Below are positions 12,006 through 25,646 of a stretch of DNA of 64,000 nt, one piece after another. Below the pieces are notes generated by a model. The model had not been told where the DNA came from, searched no databases, and was given only the letters and a program-made list of their open reading frames with translations. Position 1 is the first letter of the stretch. Each line of letters begins with the position of its first letter. The stretch is from Rhizophagus irregularis. Lineage: Eukaryota. The stretch is taken from NCBI RefSeq assembly GCF_026210795.1, contig NC_089429.1:3100001-3164000 (forward strand), given 5' to 3'. The position numbers and the translations under genes were made by a program.

Positions 12006-14404
12006 ATGTCTGTTGATAAAAATAAGATTATTAGACCTAGAAGACAAACTAGTTGGGTATAGCAGTACTTTAAAGAGGTAACTAAGGAAATAATTTAGAA
12101 AATGAAGAAGATGAAGATGATGAAGAGAGAAAAAAAGAAACTTATTTAGTTATGCAATATCAAGTTAAAGAAACTCCTTCATCAGCTATTTGTGGGAAGG
12201 AATATATTCAAAAGAATGCATTTACTGGTAATGCCATATCTCATTTACGTTTAAAGTATGATATAACACAAACAGAAGAAAAGGTCAGTATGAAGGAAAG
12301 ATAATTAATCTGCATTATAATTACATAATATTTGTGTTACTTGATTAAATTGCATAATTTATTCTTAATCGATTTTTTTTTTCAACTTTTATTTTAAACC
12401 TAGTTGTCTAAAGGAATTGTACTAACAATGAAAAGAAAAAACCACAGTAAACAACGACAAATAGAGTTAAGGCAATTTTTGGTGGATTGGGTAGTTTTGG
12501 ATTCACAACCTTTATCTACAGTACAAAGTAAAACATTTTGGCATTTTATTCATGAACTTGATTCAGCATTCATAATGCCTTCACAAGAAACTGTAAAGAA
12601 AATCATTTATGATGCATTTAATTATTCATTTTCTCAATTAAAACAATTATTATTGATGAATGCTGCATTTATTTCCTTAACTATGAATTTATAGACTGCG
12701 CGTAATCGCCAAGAATATCTTGGTGTAATATGTTCATATCTTAACCAATCTTTTACATTATGTGAACTTACTCTTGATATAGCCTATATATGATATCCTC
12801 ATACTGCAATAAATATAAAGGATACTTTAAAAAATATATTACATGAATGGGACATTCGTGATAAAATATTCACTATTACTACAGATAATGCTAGTAATAT
12901 GAAAAAGTGTGTGCAAGATATGGAAGGAGTTAATTGGCTAGGATGTACAGTACATACCTTACAACTAGTTGTGGGTAAAGGAATGAAACCAGCTGAAGTA
13001 TTAATTGCAAGAGCCAAACAATTAATTAACTTTTTCATGAGACCTAAACAAAGTGAACGTTTTAAAGATGTGCAAAGTAGATTTCCAGAATTAGCAGATG
13101 AATTGGAATTACAAATAACTCTTCAAAATACTGAAGAAGATAATGAAGAAAATGAACAAGAGAAAATCGTAATATTAATTTAATTTAACTTAAAATTTAT
13201 TAATTTTGTTTAATTTGATTATTTAATAATTGATTAATATATAATATATTTAATAGAAACCAAGTAATATATCAAAATATTTGCATTTAATTGCTAATTC
13301 TCCTACTTGTTGAAATTCCTCTTATCTAGCATAGAATCGATTACTATTGCTTAAAAATATATCAGTATGGTATTAAATTCATTGTTCACAAAGACTGATT
13401 CAAATTCAAAAAAAGATTATAAAATATAATGCTAAGTCCAGAAGAGTGGGATTTACTAAAGGATTTAAAACCAATTTTACGCACTTTTTCAGAAGCCACA
13501 GAACTCTTGAAAGGTAGTAGTTATTGTACTATTTCTATTATGACTCCTATTTTAATTGGAATTAAAAAAAAATTTACACCTAATAATATAAATTATGGTA
13601 ATTAGATGTTTTATTGTATCTTTTTCTTATTAAATAAAAATCAATTTATTAGATATTAATTTTCAAAATGAAGAATTAGCATTTGATGAAGCTACGGATA
13701 ATAATGATGATAATGAATTGGAACAATTATCACAACAAACAACTACTCGAAAATTTAACTTAAAAGTTCCTATAAATACAAGAAATTTGTTAGCTAAAAT
13801 CAAATCAGCCTTCTATATATTAATGGATTATTATTGGAAAGATCTTACTAAGCCAGATACTTTACTCCCTAATCTTTTAGATCCAAGAATAAAAGATTTA
13901 TCAGTTATTACACCTAGTGATTTTAATGATACTAAAGATTTATTACGTGAAAAATATAATAATATGGAATTGGAAATTGGCAGCATTCAACATCAACAAA
14001 ATTTTACATTTCAATTAGCAACTATTCAATCATCAAAAAGTCTAGCAGGTTTAAAAAAGAAAAGGGGGAAAAATCTTACAATACTAACTGGTTTAAAAAA
14101 ACTACTTTTACGAGCTCATAATGAAATTGTTGAATATTTGCAAATGGAACAAATTGATTTTGAAAGTGATCCATTTATTTGGTGGTATGAACACCAAGAA
14201 AAATTTCCTATTTTAAGTTATTTGGCAAAAAAATATTTATCAGTTTACGCATGTTCAACAGCTAGTGAACGATTGTTTTCAAACGCCGGTAATTTATTAA
14301 CTGCAAAAAGAACAAGAATTAATCCTAAATTATTCAAAAGATTAATATTTTTAAAAAGAAATGCCAAACATTTAGATAGTATTCATAAAGCATATGATTC
14401 TTAA
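12006..14404 (+). pseudogene. hAT transposase (BED finger, RNase H-like core, dimerization domain), disrupted
   Basis: TSWV*QYF; ISLTMNL*T; ITTDNASNMKK; GCTVHTLQLVV; WWYEHQEKFPILSYLAKKYLSVYACSTASERLFSNAG. Multiple stops. Confidence 0.92.
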
Positions 14405-14559
14405 AAATTATATTTTATATATAAATTCTATAACTTTTATAAATTTTGTAGTTTGATAAAAAACAATTAAGTAAATAAAGAACATTTTTATATATTTTTT
14501 ATAATTACATTGTAAAATAATTATAAACTTATATTTTTTAGTTTTAGTTTAGCTAATTC

Positions 14560-15130
14560 AAATAAAATAAATAAAATAAAAGAACAAAATTAGCAGAAGG
14601 AAACAAGAACAAGCGAAAAAAAGAAATAAGGATAAAAAAACGCCCACCCGTCGTCTCCAAAGTCCAAAACAGAAGAACTTAAAGAAAAAGAATGAAATTA
14701 GCAGAAGGAAATAAGATAAATAAAAAAAATAAATAAAAATAAAAAAATACAATCCACCTGCCGTCTTCAAAGTCCAGGAACTGACGAACCTAAAGAAAAT
14801 GAATGAAATTAGAAGAATAAAACAAGAAAAAAAAGAATAAAAATTAAAAAAACCCCCATCTGTTGTTTCCAACGTCTAGAAACTGAAGAATTAAAGAAAA
14901 AGAACGAAATTGGCAGAAGGAAACAAGATAAAATGAAAAAAAGAAAATAAAAATAAAAAAAAAGCCCAAAACTGAAGAAGAAGAAAACCGAAATTAGTGA
15001 AAATGAAACAATAACAAAACAAAAAGAAATAGAATTAAAAAAAAAAGTCCCCTACCAGTTACCTCTAAAGTCTGGAATTGAAGGACCTAAAGAAAAAAGA
15101 ACTCATTGTCTTTAGAGTCCAGAACTAAAA
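14560..15130 (-). repeat. Inverted counterpart of the 10860-11690 micro-exon/intron array (right arm of the hAT)
   Basis: AAAGTCCAG...AAGAAC(C)TAAAGAAAA...GAAATTAGCAGAAGG units, the reverse complement of the left-arm units. Confidence 0.8.
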
Positions 15131-15794
15131 GCTCAGATGATATGGATAATTTTATAATCCGTCAGGATCTATTAGTAATACGGATAATCTGAATGATCTG
15201 AATGATCTATTACGGATATTCTTCAATCCTTTTCATCTGATCTATTTACAAAAATTTCATCTGGATAACCATAAACGGTAGATATCTGACCACGGATACG
15301 GATTGAGGATGAACGGGTTGAAACACTATATGCAATTTTAAATACTTATAACTTTTTACGTAAACTTTCTTTTAAAAATCTGACTGGTAATTTGATAGAG
15401 CTTACCTTAAAGAATAAAGTTACCAGTTTATTTTTTCTAAATTATATTTTTTTTAAGGAGTTGAAAATTTTTAAGTGTTATATTTTTATTGTTGAGTATA
15501 TACTTCTAATATCATATAATTATTTTTAAAAAAAAGTAAAAAAGTTTTTATTTAAATAAGTTCATAGTTACAGATATATATATTATTTTTTGACAAAAAA
15601 AAAAAATAATAAAATAATTTTAATTTATCCCACCTTTCACCTCCAACTATCCACTCTTTCTGATTTTTACTTTATTTTATAATTTTTTATATTACACGAA
15701 TATTCTTAAAAAATTTTTTTTTACATATTTATTTTTTAATTTTACGTATTTGTGTAATAAAATTGTACGTGTCTGTAATCATAACCATAGAAAT

Positions 15795-18420
15795 AATAAT
15801 TTTACTAAAATATTAAAAGATCATTATGCAAGTGACGTTAGAAAGAATCAATGGATCAGAGAATTGCAAACGATTAGACAAGAAATGAATGAAAAGTAGG
15901 AGCATATGCAAGTAGATTCAGAAAATTAATAAGAAAAGTGGCACCAGGAGTAAATGATTTAGGGAAATGTACAAAGTTAATTATTTTATTTAAGGATTGA
16001 GTCCAACTATGATATCAAGAGTAATGGTAACGGCACCAGTAACATTAGATGCAGCTATTGAAAGGACTAAAATTATAAAAATGGAAAATCAAATGGCATT
16101 ATAAAGTGTGATGAATCGAATCAGAGTTTGTTAAATCAGAATAATGTTCAGAATAATAATACTCAAGATGTTAGACAAAATGATAATGGAAAGAATGAGC
16201 AAGAAAATAAGTTTAATAAACCATTGAAGAAAGATTATGAAGATGATTTAGTAAAAGACATAGAGAAAATGAAGATTTATATGTTAGGAAAACTACAGAA
16301 TATAGAAAGGAAGTTAGATAACAAAAGTGGGAACAGAAGTCAATTGAATCAAGGAAGGAATAGTAGAATACCGATTAATTATGATGAAGTAACTTGTTTT
16401 AGATGTCATAGAAAAGGTCAGTTTGCAACTAGATGTCCATTAGGAAATAATATTAGAAGGAATGAAAGAAGAGTTAATCTGATGGACACAGGAAATTATA
16501 GAGGAGATGATGAGTATGAAGAATATGAAGAATCAGATGATGATTATAATTATGAATATGAGGAATATGATGATTCACAATTATATAGTTATGAACGAGA
16601 TCTATATGAGAAAGATAATCCAGTACAAGAAAGAAGAAGAAGTAATAGAATAAATCCTGTACGAGGATGGAAAAATTTTGGAAAGCTGAATTTTGATAAA
16701 GATATTGTGGAAAGAGGGAAAGAAGATTATAAATATAGGAATAGAGAAGAAACTCCAATGGAGGAAGAGGAAGATGAACAACCAATGTATAATAGACCAA
16801 TAGGACCAGATAATACGAATATTCCAAAAAGATATAAATGGAGTAAAAAGAGAGGAGAATATTATGACACAATGGAAGGAATAAATAGATGGAAAGAAGC
16901 AGGAGAAAAACGTAGACTAAGAAAAGATAATATTGTAGGAATTAAGTCAAAAGACCCAGTGGATTATAGAAATCTACTTAATATTGTGGAACAACAAGGA
17001 AAAATGATAAAGAGAATGTTAAAGAAAGGGAATAAAACAGAATGACTACGTTCAGAGGTTAAAAAGACTGAGATAACTGGAGAGAAGGAAGTTACAACGG
17101 TAATGAAAACACAGTTTACAATAAATAATAAGGAAATCGAAGTAATAATAGATTTAGGAGCAGCAATAAGTGTAATAACAGAGAAATTAAGAAAAGAGTT
17201 AGATATACCAATAAAAGGAAAAAGTAACATTACATGTACATTAGCAAATGGAGGAAAGATTGCTTCATTAGGAAAGGTAAATACAAAAATAAAAATTTAT
17301 AAAGAATTAATAATACCAGTAACATTAGATGTAATAGATTCAAGGCAAAAAGAAATAATTATAGGAAATGACTTATTAGATAAATGGAACGCAAATATTA
17401 ACTATAAAGAGAGGATATTAGAATTAGAAAATGATGAAGAAATAATAGATATATCTGTGTGGTATATTAAACAAGTAGAGGAGTCAGAAAAATCTAATTA
17501 CGGGAGTGAATCAGAAGAATCTGATTATGAATAAGAAGAAGGAAAGAAACTATATACAATAAAAAAAGTAATGAAAGAAAATAAGGAAGTAGTAAGGGAA
17601 AATGAGTTTCAGGAGGATAATGAAAGTTCGAGCGAAGAAAGCTCATCTGATGATAGTAAAATATTTAGTGAAAATGAGGATTAAATTATATAAAAAGGGT
17701 TAAAATTGTTCAAAAATGTAAAATTGTTAAAAATAATAATAAGAAGAAATAAAATAATAAATAAAGAAATTTTAAAATGTTAAATGAAAATGGTAAAAAT
17801 GAAATTAAATAAGAAAAGTTTAATAAAAAGGTAAATTTGGGAGAAGTAACAGGTAAAAGAAAAGATGATATAATAAAGATAATTAAAAGTTACGAAGAAA
17901 TATTTGAATATGATGAAGAAAAATTGGGAAAAGTAAATACTATTAAACATAAAATTGAAATTAGGGAAGGTTAGGAACTGATAGTACAGAAAAGATATGA
18001 GGAGACTGAAGAAAAAGGAAAGTTTATAAAGAAAGAAATTGAACAGTTATTAAAAATGGGAAAAATTAGAAAATCATGGAGCTCATGGGCGTCTCCAGTA
18101 ACACTAGCAGGGAAGAAAACTAGAAATTATAGATTTTGCATTGACTATAGAAAATTAAATAGTGTAACTAAGTCAGATGCATACCCATTACCGAGAATAG
18201 ATGAATTATTAGAAAAATATAGAATGGCAAAATGGTTTACGAGCTTAGACTTAGCAGCAGGATATCATCAGGTAGAGATGGCAGAAGAAGATAGAGAAAA
18301 GACAGCATTTATATGTTCGCAAGGATTATTTGAATATAATGTTATGCCATTTGGTTTGAAGAATGCACCAGGAACATTTCAAAGGTTAATAGATGAAATA
18401 TTGAAAGAATATATTGGAGA
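15795..18420 (+). mobile_element. Ty3/Gypsy LTR retrotransposon fragment: gag (Zn knuckle), aspartic protease, truncated RT; no LTR seen
   Basis: CFRCHRKGQFATRC; IIDLGAAISVI; WASPVTL..RFCIDYRKLN..DAYPLPRI..LDLAAGYHQ..MPFGLKNAPGTFQR. Ends before YxDD. Confidence 0.92.
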
Positions 18421-19419
18421 ACTTTACAGAAACCTTGAAAATCTGAGAAATGCCAAATCGATGTCATTGCGATATAGTTATAGTATTGTAACGATACCAA
18501 TTTGATAATTTTTTTGCCAAATATCATAATGGAATCATTTTGATGTTTATATGATATTGATTTAATATTTATTGTAATATCGATTCGATATCAATAAAAA
18601 CATCGATAATTTACTTAATCAAAATAATTAAAAAAAATTTATGATATTGATTTAATATTACTATGATATCGTCAAAATATCATATATAATATCGAATCGA
18701 TATCATACTGAAATTTTTAGGATAGATATCGATTCAACATCAAAATGATGTTTTGACGATACCGATAAATTCTTAATAAATAATGAATAATTTTATTAAA
18801 TATTACAATGACATCTAAATAAAATCGTCACAACATCTAATTGATATTTTAATATTACAATTAATATTATAGCAGTTTCTTATATACTTGTAAGTTCTTC
18901 ATCACTAACTTCAGTTTTTAACATCCATTCTATCATTCAATAACTTAGTAACAATAACTTATTATTCAATTCACATTTTATACACTTCTCAAAAACCTCT
19001 CTTTAAGGCAGATTTTTACTTGTGAAATTATTTGGTGTATATTATAAATAATTTTAAAACTAAATAAATATCATTATCTTTCGTCCGTTCCCTACCGGCT
19101 ACCGCCATTTTTCGTCCATTCCCTATCATCATCTTTCGTCTGACTCTATCATTATATATATATCCATTTCTTATTTCATCCGTTTCCTATCATCAACTTT
19201 CAACTTTCATCTGTTCGTTCATCATCATCTATCTTCTTTTTTTTGTTCTTCGCCATCTCTTTTCCTTTCTTTCGCTCTTTATCATCACCTTCCTTTTTTC
19301 ATTATTTCTTTATCCTCATCTTTCATCTTTCCTTTTTTATTCCTTTTCATTTTGCCAACCTAAAAAAATCAAGAAAAAAGAAATATTAGTACGTTTCTTT
19401 AATATTAAAAAAAAAACTT

Positions 19420-20290
19420 TCCCCTCCTTACATATACATACCTTCTCTTTTATTTTAAATTCAGCTAGAGCAGATATAATTTCATTGGTAATGTTGATGG
19501 TATTGTGAGGTTCATTAAATGAAATAATATCCAAAAAAAAATGTTGCATTTTCATTCTTGATCGATAAAATGAATAGTAAGGCCAAGAAAGGAATTATTG
19601 TTGAGTGTAGATGTCCACATATCTGATGTGAGTTATACCCTTCCTGGAATTTTATCAATATCTAACTTGATATTTTTTCTCATATTGTCAAAATGATCTA
19701 TAACCTTCTTTTCTTCTCTTTTATACTTGATTTTCCAGGAATATGATATTTTGGATCTAAAGTATTTATTAAATTAAAAATTGATCATTGGTAGCAACAG
19801 AAAATGGTTGCAAATCAACTGTAATCCGTTCTACTAAAGCTTGATCACGAACTAACATCTCTTCTTTGGGCCAAGGATCCACTTTTGGAAAATTCAATTT
19901 AGTCTCTGTTTTTTTTTATTTTATCAATAACTATACCATGCACTTTTTTTAAATGTTCTTTCAAAGTATTAATTCCAGTTGATTTTGAATATGTATGATT
20001 ACATTTTTTACAAACTACTTTTGTAGGATATTGTGGGTCCCAAGTATTAAAATATTGAATATGTTTTTGCTTTTTTAAGATTATCTTCTTCTTGGGAAAG
20101 CTCTTTTGAGGGGGGTTCTTGGTAAGGCCTTAAGGAGGTTCTTGGAAAGGCTCAGGAAATTCTTGAAAAGGTTCCTGAGGGGATTCTTCTTGAGGAGATT
20201 CTTGAAAAGGTTCTTGAGAAAATTCTTGAAGTGGGGTTTGAACATTTCTTTCATTATCTTGTTGTTTCATTTCCTTCATTATATTCAACT
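19420..20290 (-). pseudogene. N-terminal fragment of a hAT transposase (BED finger plus first catalytic region) with PFQE-type repeats
   Basis: Minus-strand peptides VVCKKCNHTYSKSTGINTLKEHLKKVH, VDLQPFSVA, TSDMWTSTLNNNSFLGLTIHFID, FNEPHNTINI. Confidence 0.8.
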
Positions 20291-20361
20291 TCCCATGATA
20301 TGTCCTAAAAAAAGCTCAGTCGAGTAGTATCATATTTTAAATGTAACTAGTGTTCGCACCT

Positions 20362-20797
20362 TAATGTTGCTTGCCGAAATCAAGTAGTTTAGGCCAAGGC
20401 CGAAACTTTTTTAAAACCGAAAGTTTAGGCAATTAAAAGTAAATTTGCCGAAATTATACAATGCCGAAACTTTTACCGAAAGGCCGAAATTTGGCCGAAA
20501 TTATTGGCCAACATTAATACTATAATTCTGGCCGGAACAATGATCGACACGTAAATTTCCTTTTATGGAAATTTGTGTAACCATTGTGCGACACATTTCT
20601 CCGATTTTACTGGGAAACAAAATTTCCTTTTTGGAAATTTGTGTAACGTCACGTGACACACTGTCATAATTTCGGCCGAATTTTAATTTTGGCCAAAATT
20701 AAGACCGAGTTTCGGCCTAATTTCGGCATTTTCGGCATTTGATTTGATTGGCCGAAACCTTTCGGAATTTCCTTTTTAGTTTCGGCAGGCAACCTTA
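20362..20797. mobile_element. hAT-type MITE (TAAGGTTGC family) rich in GCCGAAA subterminal motifs
   Basis: Ends TAATGTTGCTTGCCGAAA / TTTCGGCAGGCAACCTTA; flanks share CACCT (degenerate TSD). Confidence 0.8.
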
Positions 20798-21289
20798 GTT
20801 CACCTGTTGTCTACGACAACAGTTAATAGGCCATAATTAAAAGATCTGCAAAGAATTTCCTTTTTTGGAAATTTGAGCAACACAATTTTTTTAATTTCTC
20901 TGAAAAGTAACAGAAGATAAAATATCCTTTTTTGGAAATTTGCGTAACTGACAATTTCCTTTTATGGAACCCTGTGTAACCCAAAATTTCAGTTTTTCGC
21001 CAGAAATAAAATTGCCTTTTTTTGGTCTTGTGTAACATTGGCGACGAATAGGAGTATGGTTACACAATCCAAATGACTTATTTATATGGTTAATCTAAAC
21101 ATAACGCCCACGTGATTGCAGTGTTTTTTAATATATAGATTTTTTTAAAAAATAATGCTTAAAACACGAAAAAAAAAATCGCGTATAAATTCAATAAATG
21201 CAATTGTATAACGTTCGGCCAAAAAGAAAATAAAATTAGAAAAAAGAATTAAAAAAATAAACAAAAAAATAAAATCGAAACAAAACTCC

Positions 21290-22200
21290 TCAAAACTTAC
21301 CCAAGGAGCCAATAGCCGAACTGATAATCGAAGACAAAAGCCTACAAAATTGATAAAGAAGAAACAATAAGTTTCTTCAAAAAAATAAATTATTAGAGAA
21401 AAAGTTTCGAAATGAACTTCGAAACTTACTTGAAAAGCTAACCCAAATCTTAAAGACGATTCCTACAAAATAGACAAAAGAAAAAATGGTTAGTTTCTTC
21501 AAACAAAATAAAAAAAAATTTAAAGAAAAGTTTCGAAAGTAAATTAAACTTTCAAAACTTACCAATCATATCGTCTAAGATCCGGAAGCTCAATCTACTG
21601 GTACCTGCAAAAAAAAGAAAAAATTAATAAATCAAAAAGCTTCGAAAGTAAACTAAACTTTCGAAACTTACTGATCCAGAAATATCTTTACGACCTTCAA
21701 TAGTACCAGTTTGAATACCATTTTCAACATCCCAAAAAATAATTTGACTATCTAATGTAGAAGTTGCTAATTGTTTTCCATCATCTGAATTATAACAAAA
21801 TATTTCAACACGTTTTCCACAATTAAATACATCCCATGTACGTGTCATACCATATCTGTTCGGAATCTGGGAAGCTTGGTTTACCGGTACCTGCAAAAAA
21901 GAAAAGAAAAATAAATAAAATTTAAAAAGTTTCAAAACTTTGAAACTTTGCTTTCGAAACTTACCAATCATACTATCGTCCTGAATTCGGAAAGTTCAAT
22001 ACCTGCAAAAAAAGAAAAAAATCAAAAAAAAATCAAATTAATAAAAAAAACAAATGTAAAAAGTTTTGAAATTTTCAAAACTTACCAGTCAGCAATTCAT
22101 TCAAAGATGCTGACCGACAAAAGAAGATCCTAACGTCGCCAAAGTCCGAGAAGTTAATGTCCGAAGTCTGAAGCTGAAGGTCCGATATCTACAAAAAATT
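21290..22200 (-). repeat. Micro-exon/intron-like array (~6 units; donors GTAAGTTT, acceptors TTTTG[C/T]AG)
   Basis: Plus-strand AAACTTAC at ~21293, 21422, 21556, 21664, 21957, 22078; CT[G/A]CAAAA recurs between them. Confidence 0.75.
21675..21845 (-). pseudogene. PWP2: Captured fragment of PWP2/UTP1 (WD40 SSU-processome protein)
   Basis: RTWDVF...VEIF..NSD-DGKQLATSTLDSQIIFWDVENGIQTGTIEGRKDISG matches the PWP2 segment DGKxxAxxTLxGQIxxW...QxGxIxxRxDI as I recall it, with a short internal deletion. Confidence 0.75.
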
Positions 22201-22649
22201 AAGAGAACATGAATAAAATACTGAGGTCACCGAGCGTAAAAGGGTGACCCTATTATAGAATTTTCTGATCTGATTATTATTCGAAAAATTGAAAATTTAA
22301 TATTTAGAAAAATTAAAAAAAACTTTAAAAAAAACGCACGCATGTCGTAAAGTACAGTTCGTCTAATTCTAAGAAGTTGTCTAATAAAACAATAAACTGG
22401 ACTTTTGAAAGGTAGGTTTTTTATTTCATTTAATTGTATTAAAAATGTTTTTAACAAAACGTTCTTTCCTTCTTTTTTTTTATACAGGAACACCTTTTTT
22501 TATTTTTTATTTTCCTAAATGTATTAATCTAACGAAATGTTAACACTTTTTTTTTTTAAAAAAAAATATATCTTACAAAGTTGGGTTCGTAAGTAAAGAT
22601 TTTTTTTTATTAGACTTTTTTTTATCGAATTGAAAAAAAGATCGATCGG

Positions 22650-23075
22650 CAAACTGATCACGTAATACCGATGATCCATAGTTTAATAAAATATCCCGAT
22701 AAACCACTCTTTAAGGAATTAAATAATATTATTAAAACTCTCCACCTTGACGTATCACTTTACAAAATCAAAGCTCATTCTGGCAATACATAGCCGACGA
22801 CCTTGCAAAAAAAGCCATGATGATCCTAATCCATTACAAGTTTCTCCATTAGAATACCTGATCAATTATGCACGATCAAATTCAACGACAAAATTTTTAT
22901 AGATCGAAACATAAGAAAGTCTTTGAAAAAATTATTAATTAGAACTCTAGAATACTACATCTCATCAAAATTATTTTTCATAAAAGTTGTATCTCGAAAT
23001 AAGTTATCATCAATCAAAAAATTTACGCTTGACCAAATAATAGATGGAGTATACCAATTATAAGACATAACTTTT
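22650..23075 (+). mobile_element. Non-LTR retrotransposon remnant (C-terminal part of RNase H)
   Basis: LIKTLHLDVSLYKIKAHSGN...ADDLAKK. Confidence 0.65.
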
Positions 23076-23199
23076 TGCTAGGCCCACTAGCCTTAAATAC
23101 AGTAAGCTACTAGTATCGAATCACGTATTGACGTGACGTATACTGACGTAATTAATTGTACTGACGTTCCCACAGCAAACCTCCTCCCCTTACACTTTT

Positions 23200-24060
23200 T
23201 AACTTACTCTTTCGCAAAAGAATTCCAAGTCCGAATGCCAGTTCCTAAAGAAAAAAAAGGAACGTTAGTGACGTTCCTATAACAAAAGGACACTATGCTT
23301 AACTTACCCTTTCACAAATTCAAGTCCGGGTGACAGTTCCTAAAGTATTTCCAAAAAAAAATATTTTTTTTAATAATTAAAGACCGAACTTTAGTGATCT
23401 GAAAAGAAACGTTAACTGTTAAAACGTTTTTAATTAATAAACACATCCGCTCCTTATTTACCTCTATTCCCGATCATCACCATTCCAAAAGAAAAGGCCG
23501 TTCCTAAAGAATAAGAATAAGGTGAGTAAGGAAAAAAAAAATGAAAAAAAAAAATGAAAATACCAACCTTGCGCAACTTTCTGCATTCTTAGAAATCTAC
23601 TGAAACTGCCGCTTTAAAAGAAGAGACCGTTCCTAAAGAAATAAAAATAAGGTGAGTAAAGAAAAAAATAAATAAAAAAATGAAAATAAATGAAAAATAT
23701 ACTAACCTTCCCGTCCATCTTGCATTTTTAGAGATCCACTGAAATTGTCGTTCTAAAAGAAGAGAAAGAAGAAACCATTCCTAAAGAAATAAGAATAAAG
23801 TAAGTAAAAGAAAGAAAAAACCAAAAATTAAAAAAAAAAACGAAAAAATATACTAACCTTCCCGTATCTCTTGTATTCTTAGAAGTCCACTGAACTCGCC
23901 GTTCCAAAGAGACAATTCCTAAAAAAATAAATAAAGTAAGCAAAAAAAATGAAAAAAGAAAAAAATGAAAAAAAACGAAATATACTAACCTTCCGCACTT
24001 GGCTCTTGCATTCTTAGAAGTCCAAATCGTCGTTCTGAAAGTACCTTTCGGTCCGTTCTT
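23200..24060 (-). repeat. Micro-exon/intron-like array (~7 units)
   Basis: Minus strand TTTAG|GAA...GGACTT...GGAAG|GTTAGTA or GTAAGT, repeated every ~100-145 bp. Confidence 0.75.
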
Positions 24061-24323
24061 GAAGAAACTGAAGAAAAAAAATTAAAAAAAAGATCAGATA
24101 ATCAAATCTGATTATTTATCTAATCAATTTTTTTCGGGCAAAATTTAATATTAAAGACTGAAAAAAAAAATTTTATTTTAATTACGGCATTTTCAAAACT
24201 TGCAACCGTAATTATTACGGCATATTACGTCAGGTATAATGGCGTAAATTAATTCCGCTGAGAAGTATAGTTTAAACTGCTCAGTTTTTCAAACATTCGT
24301 AGTCTATAATCTGCAGGTTGCAG

Positions 24324-25143
24324 TAGGGTTCCGCAAAATATCTTTAAAGCCGTAACTAAAGAAAAACGAAGTCGTTAGTATGAAACGAAAAAAACCTATC
24401 TTCTTTGAAAGAAACCAGCATTTTTAAATTTAAAAACTTTTATCAACATTCCTTTTACAACTCTTAGAAGAATTAGAAATGGAGTCTTAAGCCATTTTGA
24501 ATACACTGGTATGTTTTTTTTACTTTTTTTATAAAAATTTAAGAACGTTTATTAACATTCTTCTTCATTTCTTTAAGGCAACTTCTTGGAGGAGTGTTGG
24601 CTTGAACTTATAACGGCGAGAAGTTTTTTCTAAGAACATTTATAACATTTTTTTTTCAATTTTTTTTTTTTTAGAAATCGACTTGAACTCATGAGTAGTA
24701 TTAGGGTGGTGTTATTTATTTTAAATTTAACACTAAGAATGTTTATTAACGTCCCTTTCTTATTTTTTTTTATAGAAACCGGCTTGGACTTCTGGAATGG
24801 AACTTGTAAGTAGTGTAGGATGATTTATTTTAAATTTAACAAGAACATTTATTAACGTTCTATTCTTTATTTTTTTTATAAGAATCGGCTTTAGACTCCT
24901 GAAATGGTAACTTGTAAGTAGCGTTGGGTAATTTATTTTAAGTTTAACGTCAAGAACGTTTATTAACGTTCTTTTCTTTATTTTTTTTTGTAGGAATCAG
25001 TTTGGACATATTCGAATCAGATTCGGATTAAATTCAGATAAGATTTGACTCAATCTGATTCAATTTGAATCGGATTAGATTTTTTTAAAGTGAATCAGAT
25101 CAAATCGAATCCTGCTTAAATCTGATTCATGTGCGGAACCCTA
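24324..25143 (+). mobile_element. Non-autonomous TIR element (hAT-like ends) containing a ~110-bp micro-exon/intron array (24505-25000)
   Basis: TIRs TAGGGTTCCGCA / TGCGGAACCCTA; no TSD recognisable; GAATC/GATT subterminal cluster 25010-25130. Confidence 0.6.
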
Positions 25144-25646
25144 TAACGGTCAACCTACACAGGTGCCTGAGTTGGGACCATGTTCAAATAGCAATGTTTG
25201 CCTTTATGACTAACCTGGATAACCGTCTCAAAAGAATAGCCAGTAATGTGTAATACAATACTTTAAAATTTTACTTATCCTGCCAATATTATTTCATGCA
25301 AAGTACTTAACAATACCTTTACTTCTTTTCCTCTCCTCATTACTTGATAAATAAAATATCTAACTAACCAGCAAACGAACAACTGAAAATGAACATTACG
25401 CATTACGTGGTGAAAGAAAATTTTTTTAACCCCAAAAAAATTTGACCACTTCAAGTTACACAACGATTAAATACGATAGGACGAGTTACACAAACCACAA
25501 CGTAGGGCAACATTTATATAAATAAATATGTCTATTATTTCAAACTTGCTTTATTTTTGTTCCAAAATTTTAAAAATTTTTTTAAAATTATTATAAAAAA
25601 TTATAAATAGTGAAAATTAGTCTTAACAAAGTTTTATTTCTTTAAA

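Larger units (their letters stand above)
10633..15328 (+). mobile_element. Full-length hAT DNA transposon (decayed)
   Basis: TIRs TAGTGTTTCAACC / GGTTGAAACACTA; degenerate 8-bp TSD TGTGTAAT / TATGCAAT; subterminal GGAT/ATCC motif clusters; internal transposase. Confidence 0.9.

Noticed and set aside
18449..18840. ATCGAT/GATATC-rich tract as a discrete MITE
   Set aside because: Looks like a subterminal repeat region, but no TIR pair or TSD could be defined.
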